A stretch of DNA of 64,000 bases from assembly GCA_035530515.1 (NCBI GenBank), contig DATKUO010000223.1:686-64685 (forward strand), read 5' to 3'. The position numbers and the translations under genes are program-made. The DNA comes from Bacteroidales bacterium (GTDB lineage Bacteria; Bacteroidota; Bacteroidia; Bacteroidales; VadinHA17). Below the pieces are notes generated by a model that saw nothing but the letters and a program-made list of their open reading frames with translations, searched no databases and had not been told where the DNA came from. How positions within the stretch are numbered: the first letter of the stretch is position 1; each line of letters starts with the position of its first letter. This document shows positions 48,151 through 61,265 of this stretch, in pieces.

Positions 48151-48222
48151 AACGGTTTGAAGCATAGTGAAAAATGTGCATTAATTTTAACAAATTATAA
48201 ACGTAAAATAGTTTTAAATCAC

Positions 48223-48230
48223 TATATTTG
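48223..48230 (+). promoter_or_regulatory. Candidate -7 promoter box TATATTTG far upstream of gyrB
   Basis: It matches TAnnTTTG. It would give a leader of roughly 210 nt before the gyrB ATG at 48448. Confidence 0.3.
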
Positions 48231-48429
48231 CCACGGTAATTAAAAAGCATAATATCAGTAATTTATAACATCAGAAATGAAGTTGGTTCTGATGGTTGAC
48301 TAGGACAAAAATGGAATCGTGATTTCCTTTCCAAAAAGCATTTTATTATCAATTAAAGGATTATAACCAGATTGGTCTCATAATTGACTTAAGGTTCTGT
48401 TTTAAATGATTGTTTTTAAAAATTAATGA

Positions 48430-51516
<3,087 letters not shown>

Positions 51517-51527
<11 letters not shown>

Positions 51528-52959
51528 ACAAGATAAATTCTTTAATTACTCCTTCTATACCGGAAATAATATTTTTTGAAGGACCGGTATAATTATTAAT
51601 AATTATGCTGAAGATCATTTTTTTGCCTGATAGTGTAGTAAAATATCCTGCATAGCTTCTAACTCTGGTCATTGAACCGCTCTTTGCCTTAAGGTTTGAA
51701 TCAAAAACCGGATCTCTAAAATAGTATTTCAGAGTTCCCTCTTTTCCTGCATCAGGCAGTGAAGAATAGTATTCCGGAAAATACTTCCCTTCCCTCTTCA
51801 TATAAAACAATAAATTAACCAATTCTCTGGTACTTATAGCATCTAGTGGCGAGAGACCGCTACCATCTTCAATAAACAATCCGTCTGTATTAACGCCGGC
51901 CTTATAAAGGAAATTCATTATAACTTCAATGCCGGACGCTGTAGATCCATTGTTCTGATACTTTTTACCAAGTTCTTTTATTAAATGTTCTGCAAAGAGA
52001 TTAACGCTTTCATGGTTAAGAACTTCAATTATATCCACAAGGGGCGGAGATATAATTTCTGCAATCGGGAAAAATTTTTCAGATAAATTTTTCTCTTCTA
52101 ATCTGAAAGTAGATGGATCTTTGGAAATTATTATGCCTTCTGCTTTAAGTTTTTCATTTATTATTTTTGCAATAAGGAGAGGAGGATCAGGGATTGATGC
52201 TTTTAGCACAAAATCTTCCCGGTTGGCGGGGATAGTTCCTGAGAGCCATGCATTTGTACTGTAAGGGGCAGCAAAAACATAACCTTTATCGGAGGTTCCG
52301 GATACAGTCAGCCAATTTGATAATTCGGGACTGCATTCATCGGGAATTATCTCGGTTATGGTTAATTTGTCACTATCGGATGATGTCTTAAAATGAATCT
52401 CGTAAGTATTATCAAAAACTGATAACCCATAAGCCCCTGCCCCATAATAATTGCCAGCATCTTCCCAGAGCCATTTTGCAGGGACAGGTTGAAAGTCATA
52501 ATAAGAATCGTCGGTTATGACTTTTCCGTCTATTTTTCTGATTCCCAGTTTTCTAATTTCAGTGACCCAGCTACTAATAAAATCCTGGTAATGATCAGAA
52601 AAATATTTTGATCCCAGAGCAGGATCGCCACCGCCCCGAATGGCTATATTCCCTGATAACCTTCCTGTTCGTTTATTAAGAGTACCTGTATAACCTATTT
52701 TAGTAATAAATGTATATTGCGGACCTAGCAATTCTAGTGCTGAAGCCGATGTAAAAAGCTTCATTACTGAAGCCGGGATAAGACTTTTTTCGGAATTATA
52801 TCCCATCACAATCTCTCCATTTTCTGCATTTGCTATACACAGTGAGACAGAAGCATGCATCATAGATGAGTCAGAGAGTAATTTCCCGAATGATCCTTCC
52901 TGAGAAAATGATCTGAAAGAAAAACAAAGCAGGGAAAGGAATAGGAATGTTCTCATCAT
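51517..52959 (-). CDS. dacB: D-alanyl-D-alanine carboxypeptidase/endopeptidase (PBP4, peptidase S13)
   Basis: 480 aa. It has a signal peptide, the SxxK motif PASVMKL, and a PBP4-like length and organisation. Confidence 0.8.
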
Positions 52960-52963
52960 TCCT

Positions 52964-53989
52964 TCAGGATTTATTTTGTTCGAGTGTTGATAATAAACCG
53001 CAGGCAGCCTGGATATTAACTCCTCTGCTTGCCCGGATAGTCGTTAGTAACCCTTTTGAATTAAGAGCTTCCTTAAATCTGATAGTGTTTTCCAGATCAG
53101 GACTATTAAATTCTGAACCGGGTATAGGATGAAAACGTATTATATTGATCCTGCATTTTATTCCGTTCAGAATTCGGGCAAGTTCCTTAATATGTCGTGG
53201 AGTATCGTTCATTCCATTAAACAGGATATATTCGAAAGATACCCTCCTCTGGCTGTTGAAGTCAAATTTCCGGAGTAAGTCTAAAACCTCTTCAACTGTG
53301 TTTGTTCTCTGTATAGGCATTAGTTTTCTTCTCTCTTCATCAAACGGAGAGTGCAGGCTAACAGCAAGATGGCACCGGCTTTTTTCGAGCAATTCCTTTA
53401 TCCCGGTTATTAGTCCGACTGTGCTGACTGTTATCCTGGTAGAACTCCATCCATATCCCCATTCATTGGTAAGAATATCAAGGCTCTTTAGTACTTCTGT
53501 GAAATTGTCCAGTGGTTCACCCATCCCCATATATACCATATTGGTGAGGTTCCTGAACTCAGGCAGACTTCTGAACTGGTTGAGAATTTCATTTGACGAC
53601 AGGTTTCCCTGAAAGCCCTGTTTCCCAGTCATGCAGAAAATGCAACCCATTTTACAACCTGCCTGTGATGACACACAGATTGTAGCGCGTTCATTATCAG
53701 GAATATAGGCTGTCTCTATGTATTTATCTTCCAGAACTTTATAAAGGTATTTCTTTGTTCCATCAGAACTTTCAGATACATTATCGGGATCAGAGAGGCC
53801 AAATTCATAATCATCAGAAAGAAGTTCCCGTGTTTTTTTTGACAGGTTGGTCATTTCGTCAATCGAAGTTATCTCCTTCTTATAGAGCCAGTCTGATATC
53901 TGTTTTGCAGCAAACCCTGGTAATCCGATTCGTTTGGTAACAGCAATAAGCTCATTTAGAGTTTTTCCGTATAGTCTTTCTTTCTCCAT
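52964..53989 (-). CDS. rlmN: 23S rRNA/tRNA adenine-C2 methyltransferase RlmN (radical SAM)
   Basis: 341 aa. Radical-SAM motif CKMGCIFC, GMGEPL, and conserved C-terminal CGLL are present. Confidence 0.9.
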   Translation of the reverse strand: MEKERLYGKTLNELIAVTKRIGLPGFAAKQISDWLYKKEITSIDEMTNLSKKTRELLSDDYEFGLSDPDNVSESSDGTKKYLYKVLEDKYIETAYIPDNERATICVSSQAGCKMGCIFCMTGKQGFQGNLSSNEILNQFRSLPEFRNLTNMVYMGMGEPLDNFTEVLKSLDILTNEWGYGWSSTRITVSTVGLITGIKELLEKSRCHLAVSLHSPFDEERRKLMPIQRTNTVEEVLDLLRKFDFNSQRRVSFEYILFNGMNDTPRHIKELARILNGIKCRINIIRFHPIPGSEFNSPDLENTIRFKEALNSKGLLTTIRASRGVNIQAACGLLSTLEQNKS

Positions 53990-53991
53990 TA

Positions 53992-54055
53992 TTGTTCCTT
54001 GTTCTGCCAGTTACCTGTAGCCTGTAGCCTGTCGCCAGAAGCCAGAAGCCTGTAC
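53992..54055. repeat. Heptanucleotide array with changing unit
   Basis: TTGTTCC TTGTTCT ... CCTGTAG CCTGTAG CCTGTCG CCAGAAG CCAGAAG CCTGTAC, in the dapF-rlmN spacer. Confidence 0.85.
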
Positions 54056-54066
54056 TTTCTCATATC

Positions 54067-54843
54067 TCACACTTCAATTTTACCTTCGAACACAAATGTT
54101 GCAGGACCGGAAAGCCAGATTTCATGAATACTTTCCCCAAAAACATTGAATGAAACTGTTAAATACCCTCCCTTAGTCTTTACATTGATATTATTTGTGT
54201 CAATATGTCCGGAAAGGACTGAAGCAATGGCAGATGCTGTGACCCCGGTTCCACAAGACAGAGTCTCCTCTTCAACACCTCTTTCGAAAGTTCTGACATA
54301 GATGCTGTTTTCCTCAATTTCAACGAAATTTACATTAGTACCCACTGGAGCAAATTTTTCGGACCACCTGATTTTTTTGCCCTCGCTATTTACATCAAAA
54401 CTGTTAAGATTCTTTTTAAACAGAACATAATGGGGTGATCCTGTATCTATAAAGTAATTTCCGTCAACAATCCGGGGGTACTTTACATCATTCATTTGCA
54501 ATCTTATTATGCCATCCTCAGATATTGCTTTATGCAATCCGTCAATAGCTTTGAAAACGAGTTTTGTGCCAGCTATTTTTGTTCTAATGGCAAAGTCTGC
54601 TGAGCACCTGCCTCCATTTCCGCACATTGTACTCTCAAAGCCATCGGCATTGAAGTACTTCATCTCAAAATCATTTGGCAGGTTTTCGGATATCAGGATT
54701 AAACCATCAGCACCAATACCAAATCTACGATCACATAGTTTATTTATTAGTCGGGAATCATCGGGATTAAAAATGTCTTTCCGGTTGTCTATAATTATAA
54801 AGTCGTTACCGGCTCCCTGATATTTGTTAAATACTATTATCAT
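54067..54843 (-). CDS. dapF: Diaminopimelate epimerase
   Basis: YQGAGNDFIIID and the catalytic Cys motifs MCGNGGRC and LSCGTGVTA are present. The start is set at the internal ATG (54843, MIIVFNKYQG) rather than the track start at 54888. Confidence 0.9.
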   Translation of the reverse strand: MIIVFNKYQGAGNDFIIIDNRKDIFNPDDSRLINKLCDRRFGIGADGLILISENLPNDFEMKYFNADGFESTMCGNGGRCSADFAIRTKIAGTKLVFKAIDGLHKAISEDGIIRLQMNDVKYPRIVDGNYFIDTGSPHYVLFKKNLNSFDVNSEGKKIRWSEKFAPVGTNVNFVEIEENSIYVRTFERGVEEETLSCGTGVTASAIASVLSGHIDTNNINVKTKGGYLTVSFNVFGESIHEIWLSGPATFVFEGKIEV

Positions 54844-55020
54844 CAGTGTTAAAGTGTTGTTAATTCTTTGTAAAATATTGAAGATCATCCTTAAAATGCA
54901 TGATCTTTGTAAAACAAAATTACAATTAATCGGTTATAAAGATATTAATCTTTTGTAAAGGCAAAAAAATTGAATATTGATGCTTAAGTAAAAGATGAGT
55001 TAAATTTAAAAAAGTTAGTT

Positions 55021-56469
55021 ATGAAAGGAAAGTATTTATTAGGAGGATTATTAATGTCTCTTTTAGGAGCTATAATTGCTTTGTTTGTATACACAAAAGT
55101 GATTGGAAACCCTTCAGTGGTTGTTTCTAAGGATAGCTCGAGTGTTGAGGTTTCAAATGCAAGGGCACTTTTAACATCGTTACAGATGCAAGAGGGCCAG
55201 ATAGATTTTACATACGCTGCTGAGCAAACAGTTCATGCAGTGGTACATGTTCATACAAAGACAATGATGGGGATGGAATCTGATAATCCTATTTTGGAGT
55301 ATTTTTATGGTAATCGCAATTTAAAGCCAAGGGAAGTCAGCGGGTATGGTTCGGGCGTTATTATATCCGGTGATGGTTATATTATTACCAATAATCATGT
55401 TATTGACAATGCAGAATCTGTTGATATTACATTAAATGATAAAAGGACTTTTACAGCCAGGATTATAGGCCGTGATCCAAGTACTGATATTGCTCTTCTG
55501 AAAATTGATGCGGACAAACTGCCATATATTAAGTATGGTGATTCGGATCAGCTTAAACTTGGTGAATGGGTGCTGGCTGTTGGTAATCCATTTAATCTCA
55601 CTTCAACTGTTACTGCCGGAATTGTAAGCGCAAAGGGGCGGAATCTGGGATTAATAGAGGGAACATACAGGATAGAATCGTTTATTCAGACTGATGCAGC
55701 TCTTAATATGGGAAATAGCGGGGGAGCTCTTGTCAACACGAAAGGCTTACTGGTAGGTATTACATCAGCAATACTCTCACCCAGTGGCGCTTATGCAGGT
55801 AACTCATTTGCAATCCCTGTGACCATTGTTAAAAAGGTTATTGACGACCTTAAGGAGTTTGGAGAGGTTCAACGAGCACTCATTGGTGTTGAAATCAGAG
55901 ATGTTGATTCAGACGAAGCTGATAAACAAAATCTTGGAGAAGTAAAAGGGATCCTAATTACCCGGGTTGTTGAAAACGGTTCAGCTGAAGATGCAGGCCT
56001 TAAGGTAAATGATGTAATAGTAAAACTTGACGGATTGTCTGTTAATACAGTCCCTGAATTACAGGAACAAGTGGGGAAACATCGGCCGGGAGATAAAGCA
56101 ACTTTAACTTATATTAGAAACGGGAAAGAGACATCAACATCAGTTATTATGAAGAATGTGGCAGGGAATACAAATGTTGTTACAACCGCAATGAATGGTG
56201 ATGAAGTTTTTGGTGCCAGACTGGTTGCGCTTAGTTCAGCAGACAGGAGATCATTTAATGTTGATTATGGCGTGAAAGTATCAGAATTGAACGATGGAAG
56301 ACTCAAAGATATTGGTTTGAGAAAGGGCTATGTTATCTTAAGTGTCAATGGTAAAAAAGTTAATACTCCAACTGATATCAGTCAATTTACCAATAATGAA
56401 AGGAACCTGAAATCAATAAGAGGAATACAACCTGATGGAACAATATTTAATTTCCAATTTGGGAACTAA
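55021..56469 (+). CDS. htrA: Periplasmic serine endoprotease, HtrA/DegP/DegQ family (trypsin-like domain + 2 PDZ)
   Basis: 482 aa. The catalytic triad contexts are NNHVI, TDIALLK and GNSGGAL. Confidence 0.9.
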   Translation: MKGKYLLGGLLMSLLGAIIALFVYTKVIGNPSVVVSKDSSSVEVSNARALLTSLQMQEGQIDFTYAAEQTVHAVVHVHTKTMMGMESDNPILEYFYGNRNLKPREVSGYGSGVIISGDGYIITNNHVIDNAESVDITLNDKRTFTARIIGRDPSTDIALLKIDADKLPYIKYGDSDQLKLGEWVLAVGNPFNLTSTVTAGIVSAKGRNLGLIEGTYRIESFIQTDAALNMGNSGGALVNTKGLLVGITSAILSPSGAYAGNSFAIPVTIVKKVIDDLKEFGEVQRALIGVEIRDVDSDEADKQNLGEVKGILITRVVENGSAEDAGLKVNDVIVKLDGLSVNTVPELQEQVGKHRPGDKATLTYIRNGKETSTSVIMKNVAGNTNVVTTAMNGDEVFGARLVALSSADRRSFNVDYGVKVSELNDGRLKDIGLRKGYVILSVNGKKVNTPTDISQFTNNERNLKSIRGIQPDGTIFNFQFGN

Positions 56470-56548
56470 TATCTCTTTTTATATAATACTTTGTTTTATA
56501 GGGGATTTATGAAAATAGGTCTCCTGTTCATAACAATAGCGAATAATT

Positions 56549-56579
56549 TTTGTTATTAAGTAATAAAGCAATATCTTTG
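56549..56579 (+). promoter_or_regulatory. Candidate Bacteroidota promoter for rpoD (-33 TTTG, 19-nt spacer, -7 TATCTTTG)
   Basis: TTTG lies at 56549-56552 and TATCTTTG at 56572-56579, 22 nt before the ATG. Confidence 0.5.
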
Positions 56580-56601
56580 CGGAAATTTTTTCGGAGGCAG
56601 A

Positions 56602-57462
56602 ATGAGACAATTAAAGATTACCAAATCCATAACTAACAGAGAGAGTGCGTCATTAGACAAATATTTGCAGGAGATTGGTAAGGAGGAGTTGATATCGGTA
56701 GAGGAAGAAGTTGAATTGGCTCAGCGAATAAAGAAAGGCGATAGAACTGCTCTTGAGAAACTCACTAAAGCAAACCTGCGTTTTGTTGTATCTGTTGCAA
56801 AACAGTATCAAAATCAGGGACTTAGTCTTCCCGATCTTATTAATGAAGGCAATCTGGGTCTTATTAAGGCTGCAGAGAAATTTGATGAAACCCGTGGGTT
56901 TAAATTTATTTCATATGCTGTTTGGTGGATCAGACAGTCTATCCTTCAGGCTCTTGCTGAACAATCAAGGATTGTAAGGTTGCCTTTGAACCAGGTAGGT
57001 TCGCTTAACAAGATAAACAAGGCTTTCTCGAAATTTGAACAGGAGAATGAACGTACTCCTTCACCTGAAGAGCTGGCTGAGGTTCTTGAATTGCCAAAAG
57101 AGAAGGTAACTGATACTCTGAAAGTCTCAGGAAGGCATGTATCGGTTGATGCACCTTTTATTGAGGGTGAAGATAACAGCCTGCTGGATGTACTTACAAA
57201 TTCGGATTCACCGGTAGCTGATAAGCTTCTTATGGACGAATCTCTTTCAAGGGAGATTTACAGGGCACTTGCCACACTTACTGAACGAGAGAGAGATATA
57301 ATAAGATTTTTCTTTGGCATTGGAACTCAGGAGATGACTCTTGAAGAGATAGGGGAAAAATTTGGTCTCACCCGTGAAAGGGTACGGCAGATAAAGGAAA
57401 AGGCTATCAGAAGGTTAAGACATACCTCCAGAAGCAGATTATTGAAAGGTTATCTGGGTTAG
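56602..57462 (+). CDS. rpoD: Primary RNA polymerase sigma factor (short Bacteroidota sigma-A type)
   Basis: 286 aa. Region 2 reads [13 protein letters not shown] and region 4.2 reads [25 protein letters not shown]. There is no region 1.1. Confidence 0.92.
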   Translation: MRQLKITKSITNRESASLDKYLQEIGKEELISVEEEVELAQRIKKGDRTALEKLTKANLRFVVSVAKQYQNQGLSLPDLINEGNLGLIKAAEKFDETRGFKFISYAVWWIRQSILQALAEQSRIVRLPLNQVGSLNKINKAFSKFEQENERTPSPEELAEVLELPKEKVTDTLKVSGRHVSVDAPFIEGEDNSLLDVLTNSDSPVADKLLMDESLSREIYRALATLTERERDIIRFFFGIGTQEMTLEEIGEKFGLTRERVRQIKEKAIRRLRHTSRSRLLKGYLG

Positions 57463-57488
57463 ATATACCGTAATTTCCGGAGAGTAAA

Positions 57489-57523
57489 GGAGGCTGTCTC
57501 AAAAGGGAAGCCTCTATTTTTTT
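57489..57523 (+). terminator. Rho-independent terminator after rpoD
   Basis: The stem is GGAGGCTGTCTC / GGGAAGCCTCT with loop AAAA, followed by TATTTTTTT. Confidence 0.75.
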
Positions 57524-57609
57524 ACCTCCAACCCCAAAGAGGAGCTTAAATCCCGGCAAAGTGAAGTTTGAAGCCAGACCACTAAACGAAGTTTATTATT
57601 GGTCCGCTA

Positions 57610-57630
57610 AGCGAAGTTTACAACTTCGCT
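57610..57630. promoter_or_regulatory. Perfect 9-bp inverted repeat AGCGAAGTT-TAC-AACTTCGCT just upstream of the uvrB promoter box
   Basis: It is read directly. It lies 17 nt upstream of the TAGGTTTG box. Confidence 0.4.
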
Positions 57631-57646
57631 TTAACTGAGAAATTTG

Positions 57647-57654
57647 TAGGTTTG
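57647..57654 (+). promoter_or_regulatory. Candidate -7 promoter box TAGGTTTG for uvrB
   Basis: It matches TAnnTTTG, 25 nt before the ATG at 57680. Confidence 0.4.
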
Positions 57655-57679
57655 TAATCTTATAACCCTTGATCAGCGA

Positions 57680-59698
57680 ATGGACTTTAAACTTATTTCC
57701 GATTTTCAGCCAACAGGTGACCAGCCGGATGCTATAAAGCAACTGGTAAATGGCCTGGATGGAGGAGTTCCATTCCAGACACTTCTTGGAGTGACAGGAT
57801 CCGGTAAAACGTTTACAATTGCAAATGTAATTGAGAAAGTTAACAGACCTGTTCTTGTGCTTAGTCATAATAAGACTTTAGCTGCTCAGCTCTATGGAGA
57901 GTTCAAACAGTTTTTTCCTGAAAACAGAGTCGAATATTTTGTATCCTACTACGATTATTATCAACCGGAAGCTTATCTGCCTGTTTCAGATACTTACATT
58001 GAGAAAGACCTTTCTATTAACGAGGAGATTGAAAAATTGAGGCTAAGCGCTACTTCATCACTACTCTCTGGACGTCGCGATGTCATTGTTGTCTCTTCTG
58101 TATCATGCATCTATGGCATTGGCAACCCCGATGATTTTCATTCAAATACTGTACATGTAACAAAAGGTCAGATTATAGGTCGGAACCTCTTCCTGCGTAA
58201 ACTTGTTGACAGCCTTTATTCACGCAATGAACTCGAATTTAAATATGGCACTTTCAGAGTTCGAGGAGATACTGTGGATATTTTTCCTGCTTATGCTGAT
58301 ATTGCAGTACGGGTGGTATTTTTTGGTGACCAGATTGAAGATTTGAATACTTTTGATCCTATTAGTGGCCACACTCTTGATATCCTGAATGAATACATAA
58401 TTTATCCTGCAAATATATTTGTTACTACAAGGGAAAGGATCAATCTTGCAATATCCGATATACAGGATGATATGGTTCGTCAGGTTAGTTATTTTAATGA
58501 TATAGGAAAAAAAGAAGAAGCAAAACGGCTTGAGCAGAGGGTTTTATATGACCTTGAGATGATAAAGGAACTTGGCTATTGCAGCGGTATCGAAAATTAT
58601 TCCAGATATTTCGATGGAAGAAAACCAGGAACAAGACCTTTCTGTTTGCTTGACTATTTTCCAGATAAATTCATTACTGTAATAGATGAAAGTCATGTCA
58701 GTCTGCCTCAGATAAGAGCAATGTTTGGAGGGGATCATTCACGAAAACAGACTCTTGTTGAATACGGATTCAGGTTGCCTGCAGCTCTGGATAACAGACC
58801 AATGAGGATTGAAGAATTTGAATCACTAACAGGTCAGACAATTTTTGTTAGTGCCACACCGGCTGATTATGAACTTGAAAAAAGTGAAGGGGTTTTTGTT
58901 GACCAGGTAATACGACCGACAGGCCTTCTGGATCCGCCTATTGAGGTACGTCCGAGTCTTAACCAGATTGATGACCTGATGGCTGAGATAAGATCAAGAA
59001 CGAGTGCAGGGGAGAGGACCCTTGTAACAACTATCACAAAGAGAATGGCTGAAGAACTCTCTTCTTACCTGATAAGGTTTGATATAAAATGCAGTTATAT
59101 CCACTCTGATATCGACACCCTCGATCGAATTGATATAATGGAAGGGTTACGTACAGGTTCTTTTGATGTTCTGGTAGGAGTCAACTTGCTCCGGGAAGGA
59201 CTTGATCTTCCGGAAGTATCTCTGGTGGCTATTCTTGATGCCGATAAGGAAGGATTTCTCAGGTCATCACGGTCACTGACACAGACTGCAGGAAGGGCAG
59301 CAAGAAACCTTAATGGAAAGGTAATTATGTATGCTGATAATGTTACCCGTAGCATGCAGCAGACAATTGATGAGACTAACAGACGGAGGAGTAAGCAGTT
59401 GAAATACAATGAAGAGATGGGTATTACTCCATCTCAGATTATAAGGAAAACCGGCTCCATACTTAGTGGGTTGAGTAAGAAAGGTATATCTTCCAAAGCC
59501 TATATTGAACCTGAGCGAACAGATATTGCTGCTGATCCTGTTGTCAGGTACATGAATAGTGAGGCCCTTGAAAAGGCTATTGATAAATCAAGAAAGAGCA
59601 TGGAAAAAGCTGCTGCTGAATTGGATTTTGTTGAAGCGGCCAGATTCAGGGATGAGATGGCGGACCTCCAGAGACTTCTTCGAAGTAAGAAACAATAA
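57680..59698 (+). CDS. uvrB: Excinuclease ABC subunit B
   Basis: 672 aa. N-terminal FQPTGDQPDAI, Walker A GVTGSGKTF, helicase motifs and the C-terminal UVR domain (AAELDFVEAARFRDEM) are present. Confidence 0.97.
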   Translation: MDFKLISDFQPTGDQPDAIKQLVNGLDGGVPFQTLLGVTGSGKTFTIANVIEKVNRPVLVLSHNKTLAAQLYGEFKQFFPENRVEYFVSYYDYYQPEAYLPVSDTYIEKDLSINEEIEKLRLSATSSLLSGRRDVIVVSSVSCIYGIGNPDDFHSNTVHVTKGQIIGRNLFLRKLVDSLYSRNELEFKYGTFRVRGDTVDIFPAYADIAVRVVFFGDQIEDLNTFDPISGHTLDILNEYIIYPANIFVTTRERINLAISDIQDDMVRQVSYFNDIGKKEEAKRLEQRVLYDLEMIKELGYCSGIENYSRYFDGRKPGTRPFCLLDYFPDKFITVIDESHVSLPQIRAMFGGDHSRKQTLVEYGFRLPAALDNRPMRIEEFESLTGQTIFVSATPADYELEKSEGVFVDQVIRPTGLLDPPIEVRPSLNQIDDLMAEIRSRTSAGERTLVTTITKRMAEELSSYLIRFDIKCSYIHSDIDTLDRIDIMEGLRTGSFDVLVGVNLLREGLDLPEVSLVAILDADKEGFLRSSRSLTQTAGRAARNLNGKVIMYADNVTRSMQQTIDETNRRRSKQLKYNEEMGITPSQIIRKTGSILSGLSKKGISSKAYIEPERTDIAADPVVRYMNSEALEKAIDKSRKSMEKAAAELDFVEAARFRDEMADLQRLLRSKKQ

Positions 59699-59845
59699 TT
59701 TTTTTCCTTCCGGGCACACGGACCAAGAGCAGTACAACTCAATAAAACTACAATGCATGAACGGATAATCAGATTTGACGTGTTCATAGTATAGCTCCTT
59801 CTCCTAATGATTGAGCTATAAATAACAGGATTAATTTTACAAAAA

Positions 59846-60970
59846 TTATACTGTATTGTTTATTAAGCCTGCTACATATTTCGCGATAGCAATTGAAGCA
59901 GTTAATCCTGGTGATTCCATACCAATGAGATTAATAAATCCCGGATAACCTCTTTTTGTCTCCTCCATAATATAAAAGTCTCTTAGGGGTTCTCCCGGCT
60001 TCTGGATTTTCGAACGGATTCCTGCCATTTCTGGTGCAATATCATCATATTCCAGAAAAGGAAGATACTTCCTGGCAGAATTAAAGAATGCTTGCTGCTT
60101 TGAAGAAGTTAATTTATAATCATAAGTATTTGATTCGAGATATGTTACATCAGGTCCAAGTTTAACACCTCCACCCATGTCAATAGTAACATGAATACCG
60201 ATGCCTTCCATGTTATGATACGGAACAGGGTAGATTAACCTTTTTACAAGCCGGTTTTTTGGTGGATTTACCCTGAAATATTCGCCTTTACAGAAAAGTA
60301 TTTTTAGGTTTTCATCTTTCATGCCCACCATTTCAGAGACTTTGTCGGAAGTGAGCCCTGCAGAATTTATCACAATTCTGGTAGTGAAACTATAGATCAT
60401 TTTATCAGCATCAATAAGGGTGACCTCGTACCCGTCTTTAATACTTTTAATCCCTTTTACCTCACTTCCATAAACAACCTGGCCGCCATTGTTAATAGTA
60501 TTTGTCTCGTACTGTTTCATTAGGGAGTGAGAGTCAATAATTCCTGTGGAGGGAGATAAGAGCGCTTTTAAAGCGAAGATGTTAGGCTCCATTTCAGCTA
60601 TCTGTACTTTATTAAGCATCATAAGATCATCCACACCGTTTTTTTGAGCTGTTTGCATGATGCCGTCGATAATGGAGATCTCTTCTTCTGAGGTCGCTAC
60701 AATCAGCTTTCCGCAATTATTATAGGGTATATCATATTTTCTGCAGTAGTCATATAGAAGCCGCTTTCCCTCGACACATAGTCTGGCCTTCAGACTATTT
60801 TTAGTGTAATAAATTCCGGCATGTATTACTTCGCTGTTTCGACTACTGGTATCCTGCCCGAATGATGGATGTTTTTCTATCAGAAAAACATTGGGGTGTT
60901 CCTCTGATACCATCTCAGCAATAGCAAGTCCGATTACTCCTGCACCGATTATTGTAATTTCTGCATCCAT
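59846..60970 (-). CDS. FAD-dependent oxidoreductase (L-2-hydroxyglutarate oxidase/DAO-family-like)
   Basis: 374 aa. The N-terminal dinucleotide fold reads ITIIGAGVIGLAIA, and EVIHAGIYY is present. Confidence 0.7.
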   Translation of the reverse strand: MDAEITIIGAGVIGLAIAEMVSEEHPNVFLIEKHPSFGQDTSSRNSEVIHAGIYYTKNSLKARLCVEGKRLLYDYCRKYDIPYNNCGKLIVATSEEEISIIDGIMQTAQKNGVDDLMMLNKVQIAEMEPNIFALKALLSPSTGIIDSHSLMKQYETNTINNGGQVVYGSEVKGIKSIKDGYEVTLIDADKMIYSFTTRIVINSAGLTSDKVSEMVGMKDENLKILFCKGEYFRVNPPKNRLVKRLIYPVPYHNMEGIGIHVTIDMGGGVKLGPDVTYLESNTYDYKLTSSKQQAFFNSARKYLPFLEYDDIAPEMAGIRSKIQKPGEPLRDFYIMEETKRGYPGFINLIGMESPGLTASIAIAKYVAGLINNTV

Positions 60971-61265
60971 TAATTCGTCTTTTCGGATGTTATGTTACAT
61001 AAAAAACCTTTACGGATGTCAAAAATAAGTGAAAAAGTAAGACTTGATATAGTAACTTTAGTGTGAATTGATAAATTGTCCAATCAGGTACAACTTGTAA
61101 CCACTGTAACAAGCTGATTCAGTCGTATATTGTCTTCTGGATTACCATACAGGTTACCCAGACAGTAAAGTATTTTTTTAAACAGGATTATGGTTTTATC
61201 CGGATAATTGTTAATTTTAAAGTATTAGATAAAAGTAATTTTTGATTTGTTATTAAATCTTGAGT

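Noticed and set aside
54881-54907. An 8-bp inverted repeat AAGATCAT-N11-ATGATCTT between the divergent dapF and htrA genes, considered as a possible lysine riboswitch or operator.
   Set aside because: It is too short and simple for a lysine riboswitch, which needs about 180 nt with conserved cores. It could be a minor operator or a chance AT-rich palindrome. There is no further support.
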